Below are positions 25,543-38,561 of a stretch of DNA of 64,000 nt, piece by piece. The DNA lies in assembly GCF_037042905.1 (NCBI RefSeq), contig NC_087251.1, positions 3,906,001 to 3,970,000 of the forward strand. Reading direction: 5' to 3'. The notes beneath the pieces are model-generated. The model saw only the letters and a list, made by a program, of their open reading frames with translations. It did no database searches and was not told the DNA's origin. Position 1 is the first letter of the stretch. Each line of letters starts with the position of its first letter. The DNA comes from Lytechinus pictus. Lineage: Eukaryota. The position numbers were made by a program, and so were the translations under genes.

Positions 25543-25852
25543 GGGACGCACCATTAGATACCCGGGGGGGGGGGGCTGGAAGTTTGGGTTAATGCAAATA
25601 AAAAATCTTTCTTCTTTGAGTAAAGATTTTTCTTCCATAAGTCCATTGAGAATTGAGACAATTATTTTGTGTTTTTTTTTTTTTTTTGGGGGGGGGGTTG
25701 CCCCTTTCGGATGATTTGTCAGTGTACCAAGTTTTTTTTACTTTGATGGTGAGTCGGCAATTTTTTTTCTTGTTGCTCATATAGCAAGTCAAGTTTTTTG
25801 TGTGAAAAACTTCCAGCCCCCCCCCCCCCCTGGATATCGAATGGTGCGTTCC
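25543..25852. mobile_element. PIF/Harbinger (Tourist)-like MITE
   Basis: TIRs GGGACGCACCATT / AATGGTGCGTTCC extending into poly-G/poly-C; TAA TSD at 25540-25542 and 25853-25855. Confidence 0.8.
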
Positions 25853-26320
25853 TAAATGTACTGCACATAGCGGGTTGAGCGATAGGTTGGGATTACAATG
25901 GAAAATAAAATTACAAAATATCACCCTATTATGACTTTTCAAGTTTTATTTGAGTTGGTTTATCATTCTGAGAACAAAGAATTTTAGTTTCATTGTGCTT
26001 GCATGATCTATTTCAATTTTCTTTTCTGCAATCACCAATGTATAATCGTTTTATGTAAATTTGCTTGTGATATGTTATATATTGTGTATCTGTATAATTA
26101 TTTTATAAGTCCTGTACTTCGTCCTAAAAAAACGAGTAACCTGGACTTATTTTCATTGTAATTTCCCTTTGTTTTGTTTTGAATAAAGAAAAAAAAAAGG
26201 AAACCCGGAAAGGAACCTCTGAACTCTTAGTCTTAGGAGAAAACTAGACAAAAGCTCGTATTATATATATATATATATTAATGAGGCAAAGTGGTAATGC
26301 ATTGTACTTAGTTCCAACAG

Positions 26321-26380
26321 TTTATTTTGAATTCCAAATTTTCGACGTTAAACATAGTACGTCTTCTTCAGGGATACAAT
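26321..26380 (-). ncRNA. Putative minimal type I hammerhead ribozyme motif (Penelope-like relic)
   Basis: Minus strand reads TCC-CTGAAGA-A-GACGT-(10 nt)-ACGTC-GAAA-AT-TT-GGA then AATAAA; one extra A before stem II; weak stem I. Confidence 0.45.
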
Positions 26381-26536
26381 AAAGCTCATTAATATCATTA
26401 ATGATATTAATTAATGTCATTAATATTGATATTGATTAATATTGATATTGATTAATCATTGATATTAATTAATATCATTAATATCATTAAGCTCATTAAT
26501 ATCTTCTATGTCCAACAAGCGGAACGTAATATCGTT

Positions 26537-26567
<31 letters not shown>

Positions 26568-26679
26568 TTACAGGCCTACTAAATGAGGCTTGGACGGTTT
26601 TTGCCATTCAGTGAGACTGCATGTGTGTTTCAAACTGTGAAAGCCAACAAGCTTCTCCCGAGAAACACAAACTGAGTGA

Positions 26680-26808
26680 CCAATGACTGACCAGTTCACC
26701 CCGCGTACCCGGCAGACCCTTATTTGCATATATCGAACGGCCTTTCGGAACATTTGCATTGCACGCTTGACTACCGGTCGCCCGGCGAGGTAGGGATTGG
26801 TATAAATA
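26680..26808 (+). promoter_or_regulatory. H2B promoter: CCAAT, two octamers, TATA
   Basis: CCAAT 26680-26684; ATTTGCAT at 26722-26729 (within CCTTATTTGCAT) and 26752-26759; ATTGG 26796-26800; TATAAATA 26801-26808. Confidence 0.9.
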
Positions 26809-26857
26809 CCGATTACATCGCATTGCCGATTCACAGTTGATCATATCGACAACCACC

Positions 26858-27229
26858 ATGCCTGCCAAAGCACAAACCGCTGGAAAGAAGGGATCCAAGA
26901 AGGCTAAGGCCCCCAGGCCTAGCGGAGACAAGAAGAGGAGAAGGCGCCGAAAGGAAAGCTACGGAATCTACATTTACAAGGTTCTGAAGCAGGTTCACCC
27001 CGACACTGGTATCTCAAGCCGTGCCATGTCCATCATGAACAGCTTCGTCAACGATGTCTTCGAACGTATTGCCGGTGAGGCTTCCCGTCTTGCCCAGTAC
27101 AACAAGAAGTCCACCATTAGCAGCCGTGAGGTCCAGACCGCTGTCCGTCTCCTCCTCCCCGGTGAATTGGCCAAGCACGCCGTCTCTGAGGGCACCAAGG
27201 CCGTCACCAAGTACACCACCTCCAAGTAA
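26858..27229 (+). CDS. H2B: Late (replication-dependent) histone H2B, 123 aa
   Basis: [51 protein letters not shown]...KYTTSK; intronless; true start is ACCATG at 26858 (the track ORF starts at an upstream TTG); N-tail resembles sea urchin late H2B. Confidence 0.99.
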   Translation: MPAKAQTAGKKGSKKAKAPRPSGDKKRRRRRKESYGIYIYKVLKQVHPDTGISSRAMSIMNSFVNDVFERIAGEASRLAQYNKKSTISSREVQTAVRLLLPGELAKHAVSEGTKAVTKYTTSK

Positions 27230-27255
27230 ATTGGTCATACCATTTTACGACAAAC

Positions 27256-27290
27256 GGCTCTTTTCAGAGCCACCAAATATCCAAGAAAGA
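27256..27290 (+). terminator. Histone 3' stem-loop and U7 histone downstream element (H2B)
   Basis: GGCTCTTTTCAGAGCC 27256-27271, then ACCA, then CAAGAAAGA 27282-27290. Confidence 0.97.
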
Positions 27291-29356
27291 TACAAAATAG
27301 TTTCTTATCTCATAGCTATACATTGATTTAGAATAATAATAGAAAACAGGCTTGCTCACTGCTCAGTGTTCTTACACTTAGTTTCTTATAATTCCTACAC
27401 TTTCATTTTCAAACCACCTCTATACGCAATCAATGCAGTCAAATATCTTTCCGCAATTTAGTATTTGGCATGCTGGCTGCTTTCGTAAAACGAGTAAAAT
27501 CTTGTACAAGGGTCAATTCTTTCTAAACGGAATTACTACACAAGCCTGGGGTCTAACACGAAGAAGGTTGCACTAAAATGATTCTACAATGTGATATTCG
27601 ATGGATAGAATGTTACAGCATGGGGAAATCACATGCTCTCTGAGACTCTGATGAGAAACGTTCACTATCACTGCGTCTAAGCCCCACTGACGACCCATGC
27701 ACTCGATCCCAATTGAATTAATCGAGAAAAATGTAATTATACAATAAAACGATAAGAACCCACCCCCAAATGACTTAAGCCATAAGAATAATTTGTATTG
27801 GATTACCAGTAATTTATTAAAAAAATCATATAATTAATCAATACCGGTAATTAAGAAAAAAAACGTTTGAGCATTATACACCATCCAGTAATTAACAAGC
27901 CACTTGGTTTCTAACTTCTACATAATCATTTTTAGAAAAGTCTATATAGCATAGCTGAGGGATAAAATTCACAATTTTGCTTATCAAGACAAGAATGAAC
28001 AACAAAAATACTAAAAAACAATACAATCAAAATAAGTTACTATCGTGGCGGGAGCTGTTTTCCATGCAAAGGTCAATTTTAAAATAGACAAGTGGTATGT
28101 ATTCACAAAGAAAGATTTTTGTTCATTACCATCATAGTTCTTGAAAATTCAATAAAGGGTACGCACTATCCAGGCTACAAGAGGAAACAATGCAAAACAT
28201 ACATACATTTTATATTTGTGTTTCTTGGTTTAGTTTTGTACTTTGCGAATTGATTAATCAGAATTCAGAACCAATCAATATTTGGGCAACAACGATATCG
28301 AAATCGTGACGGAAAATTCAAATCATAATGTACTTGAAATTGGAGACTGTAATTTTTTTCCATATCAAGGCGCTATTCTAACTCATCTTTCAAAATATTT
28401 TTTTTACATAAAAAATACACACATTCTTTTACAACGCAATGTAAGAAAGAATGCGGCATATAGGATTCTATAGAAATTCAATATGCAGAAAAAGGGAAGA
28501 AAATGGCGAGATGACGAAAATGGACAAGGAATAAATGTGAAGATTTGAATAAACTCTAAAATTAAATTTGACCAATAATGAACAACAAGATGAGTGACGT
28601 TGTTCACTCGAAATAAGTCATGTATAAGCTTTTTATAATGTTCTGCCATCATCACTGTCTTGTGCAGAATGAATGCATGAGTAACATTAATATTCATCAT
28701 GTTAAAAAATAATTTATGGAAATTGCATTACTAGTACATGAAATATGGGGAAGCTGCTAGCATAAGAAGTATATAAAACTACATGTACATGTATGCACAA
28801 ACTTCACTTGAAAATTCAAAATTCTCTATTCAGGATAAATATCAAACCACAAATATTCTTCACATTTTTCTGCTAAAACCAACGCCAGGGTGAACTTCCT
28901 TCGGCATTTTCAGTAAGAAAATTTATATGAAAAACGAACTTGCGTATTTCGTATATAGTTCAGCGGAACACCCAATTTTACAGAGGCTGAAGCTTTTAGT
29001 TTCGATAATTATAGATAAAACGTAATTCTAATCCAGCAAATATACCATGCAGGTAACTATAAAGATATAAATTTTGTAGTTGACTTTAATCAATTATAAT
29101 TAACAAAAACAGAATGAAAAAAATATCGGGGAAATTCGATAACAATTAATATAAACATTTATGTAACCAAACTAGATGCCACAGGCAATGGACATTCTGT
29201 AATATTAAGATTTAACCATGTTTATGGCGTTTTTTATGGACGCGTGTTAAGTGAGACCATAATTATATAGAGCTATATGGTGAGACATTTCGATATATGC
29301 ACGGTCTTGACACAAAGCCAGACCACCGGACAACCAGGAAATAAAATTGGCGCTAA

Positions 29357-29501
29357 ATGCAAATAAGGCGGCCAACCAACCGCAACGGGGGCAAAAGGTG
29401 TGGCTACGCGTTTGGTATAGAAACACTCAGCGTCTATTGGTGTATCCTATTCATATCGATTGGTGTACGTGTCCAGCGGACTCGTCAAGGGGGTATAAAT
29501 A
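29357..29501 (+). promoter_or_regulatory. H2A promoter: inverted octamer, two inverted CCAAT boxes, TATA
   Basis: ATGCAAAT 29357-29364; ATTGGTGTA at 29436 and 29459; TATAAATA 29494-29501. Confidence 0.85.
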
Positions 29502-29506
29502 GCTAG

Positions 29507-29941
<435 letters not shown>

Positions 29942-29969
29942 GTCGGAATTCTTCCGTCTTCATGCAAAC

Positions 29970-30004
29970 GGCTCTTTTCAGAGCCACCAACTTTCCAAGA
30001 AAGA
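29970..30004 (+). terminator. Histone 3' stem-loop and U7 histone downstream element (H2A)
   Basis: GGCTCTTTTCAGAGCC 29970-29985, then ACCA, then CAAGAAAGA 29996-30004. Confidence 0.97.
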
Positions 30005-32494
30005 ATGAAATATTTTATCTCAACATTTTTGCGCGGTAATTTCAATAATTCGTAAGTCATATTAAAGAAATAATATATATACTACTAGTCTATAGCAGTC
30101 GATCTAGTCCTCCACATGTTAAAAAAAATTAGTACATGTATGATGTACTTTACAATTTTACATAGCCTACATCATTTACGTGTACTATCCATCTAATTCT
30201 ACTACTAGGCCTTTAGTAAAGTCTCTACTTCGTGTTAATGGTAATAACTTTTTTTTTCATTTGTATTTGAATTTACTGCCTGCATTTTCCTCAAACGGGA
30301 AGTATCTTGGGGGCATAATTATGTATCATTTTCCTAATTCACAAAAAATATTGACACCACTATAAAGAGTAAAAATAGTAATTTGTAGCAGTAATAATAA
30401 TACTGAGTTACGTGAGTAAAAACACCCACTTTTATACTCTGCTAATGAAAGAAATATTTAAAAAAAACTACTCACCCTGGAAAGTATTTTCTAGAGAAAT
30501 AAAATTTCAGTTTCCAATGGAAATAAAATTTCAGTTTCCAAAAAGAGTTGCACTTACTACTTTTTTCAAAACATCTTTTCAAGTGAATTAAAATGAGAAT
30601 TATTTGGTAAACACTTTTCAGTACAAGCTCTTAATTGTAAAGATGTTTTGTGATAAGTTTTACACAGCTCAAGTAGCACTATTACTTCATGAACATGGAA
30701 TTCTGGATTCATTCATCGTGCACATATACATGTACCTCACTCTGATACTTGAGATCAAATTTTACATTTATTATTACATATCACAATATTATCGAATTGT
30801 TCTTTTATAACAAGTCATATATTATATAGTAGTTTTGTGTTCATGATATAAGGACTTTCATTAAATTGTAATTTTTGTCAGTGTTATTTTTTTATACTTT
30901 GTATATTACAGAACTAGTAATAAAAAAGAAAAAAAAGAAAAAGCCAGTTAGGCCTAGAATGATCTTGTAAGATATGGAATGGTATCCCGTTTATTGCACA
31001 GGGTTTCATATCTGTTCTCCACATACATGACATACACTGCACTGCAATTTCAATACTTGATAATACACAGGTATGCCAATATGCTCCTTGGTAAATCATT
31101 AACACAAATAATAGAATACCACTGCTTTTCTTGAGATAGCAGTCAAAGTTTGTTCATTCACTAAATGTATGCCTATCTATACGTTAACATAATGTACATA
31201 AAACAAAATATATAAAATAAATTTTGATATAAGTGCAACTAATAGTATGATAGATGTATAATAGAAAAATAAGTGAAACAATAGGAGCATTTCAGTTTGT
31301 TGACATACCATCCTTTTTAATTTTTCATTTCTTGGGAAGCAAGAATCCTAATTATTTTTTTTTCATTTCTTAGGAAGCATAAAAAAAAACCCAGAGCAAT
31401 CAGGTTAAGAGCTAAGGTTGCTAAGAAATCTTTACAAATCTTATATTGCTAATGTTTTCACATTGCAGCACTATAAATACAGTGAATTAAAAGTTCCTGA
31501 AGTTCCAAGTTGCAAACATGGGAAAGAAGCATGATATGGTACTTCAGCACAGAGACATTTGTTGTTCATCAAACAATTTGAAGCATCTTCACTTTACAAA
31601 ACAAATAACCTGCTTATGTTTTTTTCTTTAATTAAAATCTTCACTGTTTTGCTTCAGTGGTCTTTCTGCCCTTGCTCTCTATAGAACAGGTAGCAGTTCT
31701 TAGGTTTACTTCTTACAGTCTGTTTGACAGCCTTAAAGCACTTCCCAATATATTTCAAACATATATATATTCTAGTATATTTACTGTATATTGGCGTAGA
31801 TGATCAATACATGCCTATGGGATATTAATGGATAAAGGCTTTGCCTTACATTTTGTACAACTGGAATAAAACAAAATTATTTGTATTAAAACATTTCCAA
31901 AACAAAATATTTTCTATTTAATTACTAAATTAGAGATCACAATAAAATACTGAATAGAATTTACAAAATATAATGAATTCCACAGCCATGGTCCTTGACT
32001 ACTAATTCAATACATTCTAGATAAAATGCAATCTGTCTTGCAAGTAATCACATTCACAATTTTTGAAAACAAATACTAATTATGTTTTCCCTTTAATGAG
32101 GCACAATAATTAATGATGCTATTTCCCAAAGCATCTATATCATATAATTAAAAGTGATATTTCTTGTAATATGAAATGAAAAATCATTCACACTCCTCCA
32201 CATAACTTGAATAGAAAAAAATGGTTTGAACAAGTTACAGTTTCAGATATATCATGCCTAAATAATAATTAAGTCAATTAACAGAATACACTTAGCTACT
32301 TTTAAAGTGTACGTAAGTGCATACTATTGCCATTTGAGCTGCATATACAATACAATACATGCAAACACACACTGAATATTTATATTTTCACTTGTTCACT
32401 TTCATTTACCGGTAAACAAGCATATCACTATAACCCCCTTTCATACATATACTTAATTTAATCATTTTTTTGTATTCTCTTGTCACTACTCTTT

Positions 32495-33039
32495 CCAGGG
32501 GGGGGGGGGGCACTTCCATTGACGAGTTGATACAATGCGTGACCATGGGGTTTTGAAAAGCACCCTAAACAAGTATTTTTCATGTTCTGAAAATGCACCC
32601 CTTAAGTATTGGAAACAAAACGGTACCCTTGACAAGTATTCCCTGAATTGACCCCTAAACGAATACGATATCTTAATTGTTATGTCACTGACCGTGTCAC
32701 GGACGTGATCAAGGACGTCTGCTTTACCTTTACTTTCATTGGGTTTTGTACCACCCCACACACCTCGCTCAAATCGGACCCTAAACACGTAGTGGTGGGG
32801 CAAAAAGTACATCCTTTATAAAGTATTTATCTTTTTATACCCTCGCAAATTGGGACCGTAAGCATGTAGTTTTCCTGGCGAAATATAAACCCTTTTTTCA
32901 TTATTTTAGTTTTTAAACACCCTTTTTACATAAGGTACGTAAATGTGCCCTATCTTGAAAATGTGATCCTTTTCACATGTTTTTTTAGACACGCATGGTA
33001 TCCACTCGTCAATGGAAGTGCCCCCCCCCCCCCCCCCGG
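32495..33039. mobile_element. Poly-G/poly-C-ended DNA element, 8-bp TSD
   Basis: Long TIRs (Gn-CACTTCCATTGACGAGT...); TSD TACTCTTT at 32487-32494 and 33040-33047; terminal fragment also at about 58311-58450. Confidence 0.85.
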
Positions 33040-33385
33040 TACTCTTTATCTCTCTTTCATTTTTCACACATCAATGTAATTAAAAAAACCACCACACACA
33101 CATACATTCATAAGCTAACTCACCCAATCTATCCCTGCAATTTATAAAATGACTGTAAAACCTATCAAATTCAAGATTTCCCATGCAAGGCAAAATTGCA
33201 TAAAAACATTCGACCTTCAATCAAGTACTTTTCTTAATTAACATCTTAGCTGCTGGCTAGCTCAAAGCACACTATGCATTTCTATCAAAAATCCAATCAA
33301 AAAGAAAAAAAACTAAATAGTGCAATTACATCCACTAAAAAATCAAAACCATAACACTGGGCCAAAAGCAATCAATGACCACTGG

Positions 33386-33843
33386 CAGAGCTGCCAAGTT
33401 GTATTTTGCATTATCAGTATTCTTATCCCCCAAAATCAGTATTTTGACCAAAAAAAATCAGTATTTTTACCGTGTGAGATAAATATTTTGTATTTTCCCC
33501 CAAAAAAGTGTATTTCATAATAAAATGCTTGGCGCACTCGCCCATCACGGCGCTCAAGCTGCATGCAAGCTAAAATGTGCACTGCTCTTGCAGATGAAAA
33601 AAAAAACATTGAAACTTGTGTATATCTCACCCTGGTTTTTACAAAATGATTGAAAAAAAACAAGTTACCTGAAATTACATTGTTCTAATAACCATATTTG
33701 TGTACGTTTTATGAAATAGAGATGATTTTTCTCAATAAATTTCGATTTTTTTTTTTTTTTTTTTAAATACAAAAAACGTACTGCTGTACTTTGGTTGCAA
33801 AAACGTACTAAATACGGAAAAATCATACTACTTGGCAGCTCTG
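33386..33843. mobile_element. hAT-like MITE with 6-bp TSD
   Basis: Perfect 14-bp TIR CAGAGCTGCCAAGT; TSD CACTGG at 33380-33385 and 33844-33849. Confidence 0.85.
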
Positions 33844-34170
33844 CACTGGTACTTTAAAAAAAAAAACCTTTTACAAGTCAATAACAACCTTCTAACATTG
33901 TTCTTTTCGTGTACTTAATATGTATATGACATCCTAGGCACATAACACATTTAATTCAATATTGGACATCATTTAATATGACCAGTGATGTTCCATCCAT
34001 TTGTATGTTTCTAAGTGTAAAAGCGAACCTAATGTAACCAAAATGGCCTAAGGTCCTTTACACTAAAAGTATCACTTCAGAAAATAATTAGAGTATTATC
34101 ACATCATATAAATACATGAAAATGAGCTACTTTATAATGTTTGTATCCCCATCATACAACTGATATTTGA

Positions 34171-34777
34171 AGGACAAGTCCATCCCAACAAAAAACGTGA
34201 TTTGAATGGAAAGAGAAAAATCCAACAAGCACAACACTGAAAATGTCATCAAAATCGGATTTAAAATAAGAAAGATATGACATTTTAAAGTTTTGCCTAA
34301 TTTCACAAAACGGTTATATCATGGACTTATTACATGGTTATATGCACATCCTGGTCGGTATGCAAATGAGGAGACTGATGACGTCATCCACTCACTATTT
34401 CTTTTGTATTTCATTACATGAAATATGAAATATTCTAATTTTCTCCCCATTGTCAAATCCTTGAACATGTGGAATTACCATAATTTCACACTATATGGTT
34501 CAGTCATGTTGGTCCGTATTGTCAAATATGTAAAAATGAAATATTGCATAATTCAAACAATAACAAACTAGTGAGTGAAGAACATCATCGACTGTCTCAT
34601 TTGCATGTAACTGAATTGTGCACATCACTGTTTTGTGAAAAAATAAGCCAAACTTTAAAATGTCATAGCTTTCATTAAATATTATTACATTAGATTTTGA
34701 TGAAATTTTCAGCGTTATGCTAGTTTTATTTTTCTCTATTTATTCAAATCAACATTTTTCTGGGGTGGACTTGACCT
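34171..34777. mobile_element. Kolobok-like element, family A copy 2 (uninterrupted, 607 bp)
   Basis: Same termini as A1 and A3; flanks TTGA and CTAA (decayed TTAA). Confidence 0.8.
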
Positions 34778-36320
34778 CTAAAGGTTACCCTTAAAGAAAG
34801 TTGATAGAGAAGAGTAAAGCAAGCATATCCTTGAAATTTTTTGCTTACATTTCACAGAATAGTTACATCACAAGGGATATGCAAAAGAACAGATCAAGTA
34901 TATATAATTAATAAAAAAATATATAAATGAGCCCTTTACTGATGGGCCAATCTACATTCAAAGAGCAGTCAAATGCTTTTGCATTACAATTCTTAAATTA
35001 CATGAAGAAAATTTTGATACATTTCATATTTTGTCTGATAAAATACAATAAAAATTAGTGATTGTGTGATATCACCACCTTTCCCATTTGCATATTTTTT
35101 ATGTATAAAACTGCTAAAGCAAAACATTCAAATTTTATAGATTTCTTACTTTACATCAGCTTTTGATGATTTGTTTAATTGTTTGGCTTGTTTGATTTTT
35201 CTCTTCATCTCTAACAAATTTATCATTCACATGGACTTTAACTTTCCATTTTGGGAAATCTTAACGTTCTTAAGTTTTTTTTATAGTTATATTACACACT
35301 TTCAAATATGTCACAAAACAAGACATACTAGCTTTGGTGAAAAGGCCACCAAGACAAAGTAGATTATTTCTGGGAGGATCCTGTTCAGCTATAAAGTGAA
35401 CAGAAGTGACTTTAAATTTTAAACAAATATCTTCATAACAGTTTTTACAAAATTTTGAATCACAAAAGTTGCAAGGAGTTAATAACAATAATATAAAAAA
35501 AATCAATATTATTACCAAAATACCTGTAGTATATAAATTATATGGAAATACCTTTACATGCATAGCACCATTCTTTTTTTTTCTTACAAAACATTTGTTT
35601 CTGACCTTTTAACACACACATCAATTCACATTGGTTAGACTCATTCCAAACTTTTCTCAAGCACTTTATTTATTCAAGATCTTTTTCTAGCTGGAAATTT
35701 ATTAATTTGAGGAGCAGTACATGTATATGAACTACATGTATTAACTATTCAACACAAGAATAATATATTAACTGAGTAAGTGACATACACACAATAATTC
35801 TTGCAATATAAGGATAAATATAAGAAGTTAGAAATACAAGAACATTTCGTCCATGTTAAGAATATGATTTCTACAACTGTATTTCCATAACACTGATGAA
35901 ATACAATGGAAAGAAATCCATAGTTCTTTCAGCTTTAAACTCCAAATTGCACAAGAATAAATTTAAAAGTGCAGCATGTTACCCATTAATTCTATGGGGA
36001 AGCCTAATAAAAGTAATAAAGAAAGTAGTTGCAGTAAACACTGATTTCACGAGAAAGTCTGTAAAACCAACCAACTGAAGGTAAATGGTCACTATAACAT
36101 CCTGTTCTAGCTCTGGTACAGCAACATATGTGAAATCATGAAATCTAAGCTGGACAAAAATTACCTTGAAGATCACCAACCCAGATAAGAACATGTGGGA
36201 CAGAGTATTATTGTTTGGAAAAAGACCTAACTATTTGATGTTAGGATGATGATGATGATGATGCTTCTTTTGCTAATTTCTAAGCATTTACAAATATCTC
36301 CTGGAATCCTTTGGCATAGA

Positions 36321-36902
36321 TTTTTTATGCCCCCGCAGACAAAGTCCGTCCGTCCCCCCACTTGGTTTCCGCGCAATAACTTAAAAAATATTTAATGGAT
36401 TTAAAAAAATGTTGGTGTGTAGGTACATGACACCAAAATGCAGGCTATGTTCGAATTTGGAGTCCGCAGGTCAAAGCTCATTAAATATGCGAGTTAGTGT
36501 CAGCGAAATAACTCCAAAAATATTTGATGGATTAAAAAAAATTTTGGTGAGTAGGTAGATGACACCAAAATACAGGCTAAGTTCGAATTCGGAGTCTGCA
36601 GGTCACAGCTCATTATATATGCGAGTTGTTTCCGCATGATAACTTAGGAAATATTCAACAGATTCAACAGATCTAAACAAATTTGGGTGTGTATGTAGAT
36701 GACACCAAAATACAGCTCGAATTCGGAGTCCGCAAATCAAAGGTCACAGCTCATTATATATGCGAGTTGGTTCAAAGGTCTAAATTTGTTCATTATATAT
36801 ATGCATATTGGTTTCTGCACGACAATAAGTTAAATCATATTGATTGAATTTCTGATCGCGTGAAGCGGGGGCATCTGTGTGTGGACACGTCAAATTTCTA
36901 GT
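36321..36902 (+). mobile_element. Helentron-associated non-autonomous element (HINE)
   Basis: T-run start; subTIRs ATGCCCCCGC (36327) and GCGGGGGCAT (36865); internal 130-140 bp tandem units; CTAGTT end; no TSD. Confidence 0.75.
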
Positions 36903-38200
36903 TTATTTATTCATACCAACACCTGGGTGGTCAATTTGTTGAATTCTGTAAAACCTTGTTCTAAAATCAGTACTACAACTGACATTTATCTTCAAGACTA
37001 ATAAAAAGAATGATGTTAAACATTCAGGGGTGGATCCAGGAGAGTTCATCAACCTTTTTGTCCGACAAGTTGTTGGATCTGACAACTTTTTTTATCTTGA
37101 TTGGCTGAGAATCACAGTTCCCATCATATCTGTGGGATAATTGTCAGATAAAATATCCAACAATTCCCTCCGTGAAATGCTCCCCGGAAGGGGTAGGGGT
37201 TGAGGAATACCAGCCCCATCTCCCCTTTCAGGATTTACAAAGCAATCTCTTGAAGATTCACCACACAACAGTCAGGGTACATCAAAGCCAATACAGAGAA
37301 GGCTGACACATCCGCATATGTAAAGCTCAAGTACATGCAATAAACATAAAGCTAAATAACAGAACAAAAACTTATTGAATTTAATTCTGCTATGATTGTG
37401 CCATACTTGTAAGCTTCCCTAATTAAAATACAAATGGTCTAAATCTTAAAACACATTAATCTCTAGACTTTTCAATCACAAAAATTGCAATAAACATGTT
37501 ATGTGTAACAGTTTTATGTACTTTAATTTATGGCAGGAATTCAGATATACTGCAAATGGCTCAACAATCAAAGAGAAATAGTCAGAAGTGTCTTCCATCC
37601 AAGACTGGATGACCCACTAACATAAATTATGAACCCTATTGGACCGATGTCATCATAAAGAGGCTCACTTACTCAATTTCAATTCAATTCTCAGTTTGAC
37701 ATTCATATACTTTTTTACATTTACAAATTTCAGAGAAGGAATTTTTGTGAAAGAATTAAATACATTGAAGAGCTTTTCATTATAATGTGATGTTTGTGAT
37801 GATTTATTGCCTGTACCAGTATCCTGTATATCATATGTCAGAAAATATGTGCATGACCTGCAAATTCCTTTGTGACATGCTATATGCATGTGTAATGTGT
37901 GCATTGATGGGAAATATTATATGTGTATTGCATGTAAATGTAGGTCTTTGGGCATATTCTCTATTCACTCTGAAAATCCTCTCTCATCAAGTAACTTCTT
38001 CAAACAGAAGGTAAAAAAGAGAGTCATTTTAAATGTAATGTATCAAATTTTAAATTATTCCTGCATTTTACCAAGCCATTTCTCTTTAACAGTCATTTGC
38101 AGCACATATGGAATCACTTCATACACATTTCAGATTATAATAAACTGTATTACAAAAGAATGATAAAGGAGAGTATTACCTCCTCCCCTTGGTACCTTCA

Positions 38201-38561
38201 TCATCTTTTCTCTAGTTGACTAGTGGCAGTTCTCCACAGTGATGCAACCGATGCTACCGCCGATGATACCAGACCACCAGGGGCTTGTGGCAAGTTGGAA
38301 GCACTCATCATTGAAGGACTAGGTTCTGGCGGTGAGGGGGTGTTCCCTTCCTCACTTACTCCACCGCATGCTTGAGGGAGAAGGGGTAGAGTCGTTGGAA
38401 CTGTTTCCCATTCCTCTTGGTCTGCTGATCCAATGCTAGCACCATCATCATCAGGAGAATCCTGTTGGCTCTCACTACCTGATCCACTCAGCATGCTGGT
38501 CATGTTTGGTGTGGTTAATGTGGCTAGGAGAAGGTCACTGTGAATCTCAAAATCACCCGTC
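38201..38561 (-). CDS. ATG14: ATG14 exon 11 (LIR-like motif and BATS domain)
   Basis: RTGDFEIH...QEEWETV...GGLVSSAVASVASLWRTATSQLEKR then TGA. Confidence 0.94.

Noticed and set aside
26568-27326. Antisense and alternate-frame ORFs over H2B (and 29618-29812 over H2A)
   Set aside because: Shadows of GC-rich, codon-biased histone coding sequence.
30700-38200. A 7-kb ATG14 3' UTR reaching toward H2A
   Set aside because: The composition is suggestive, but several poly(A) signals exist and the end cannot be fixed without transcript data.
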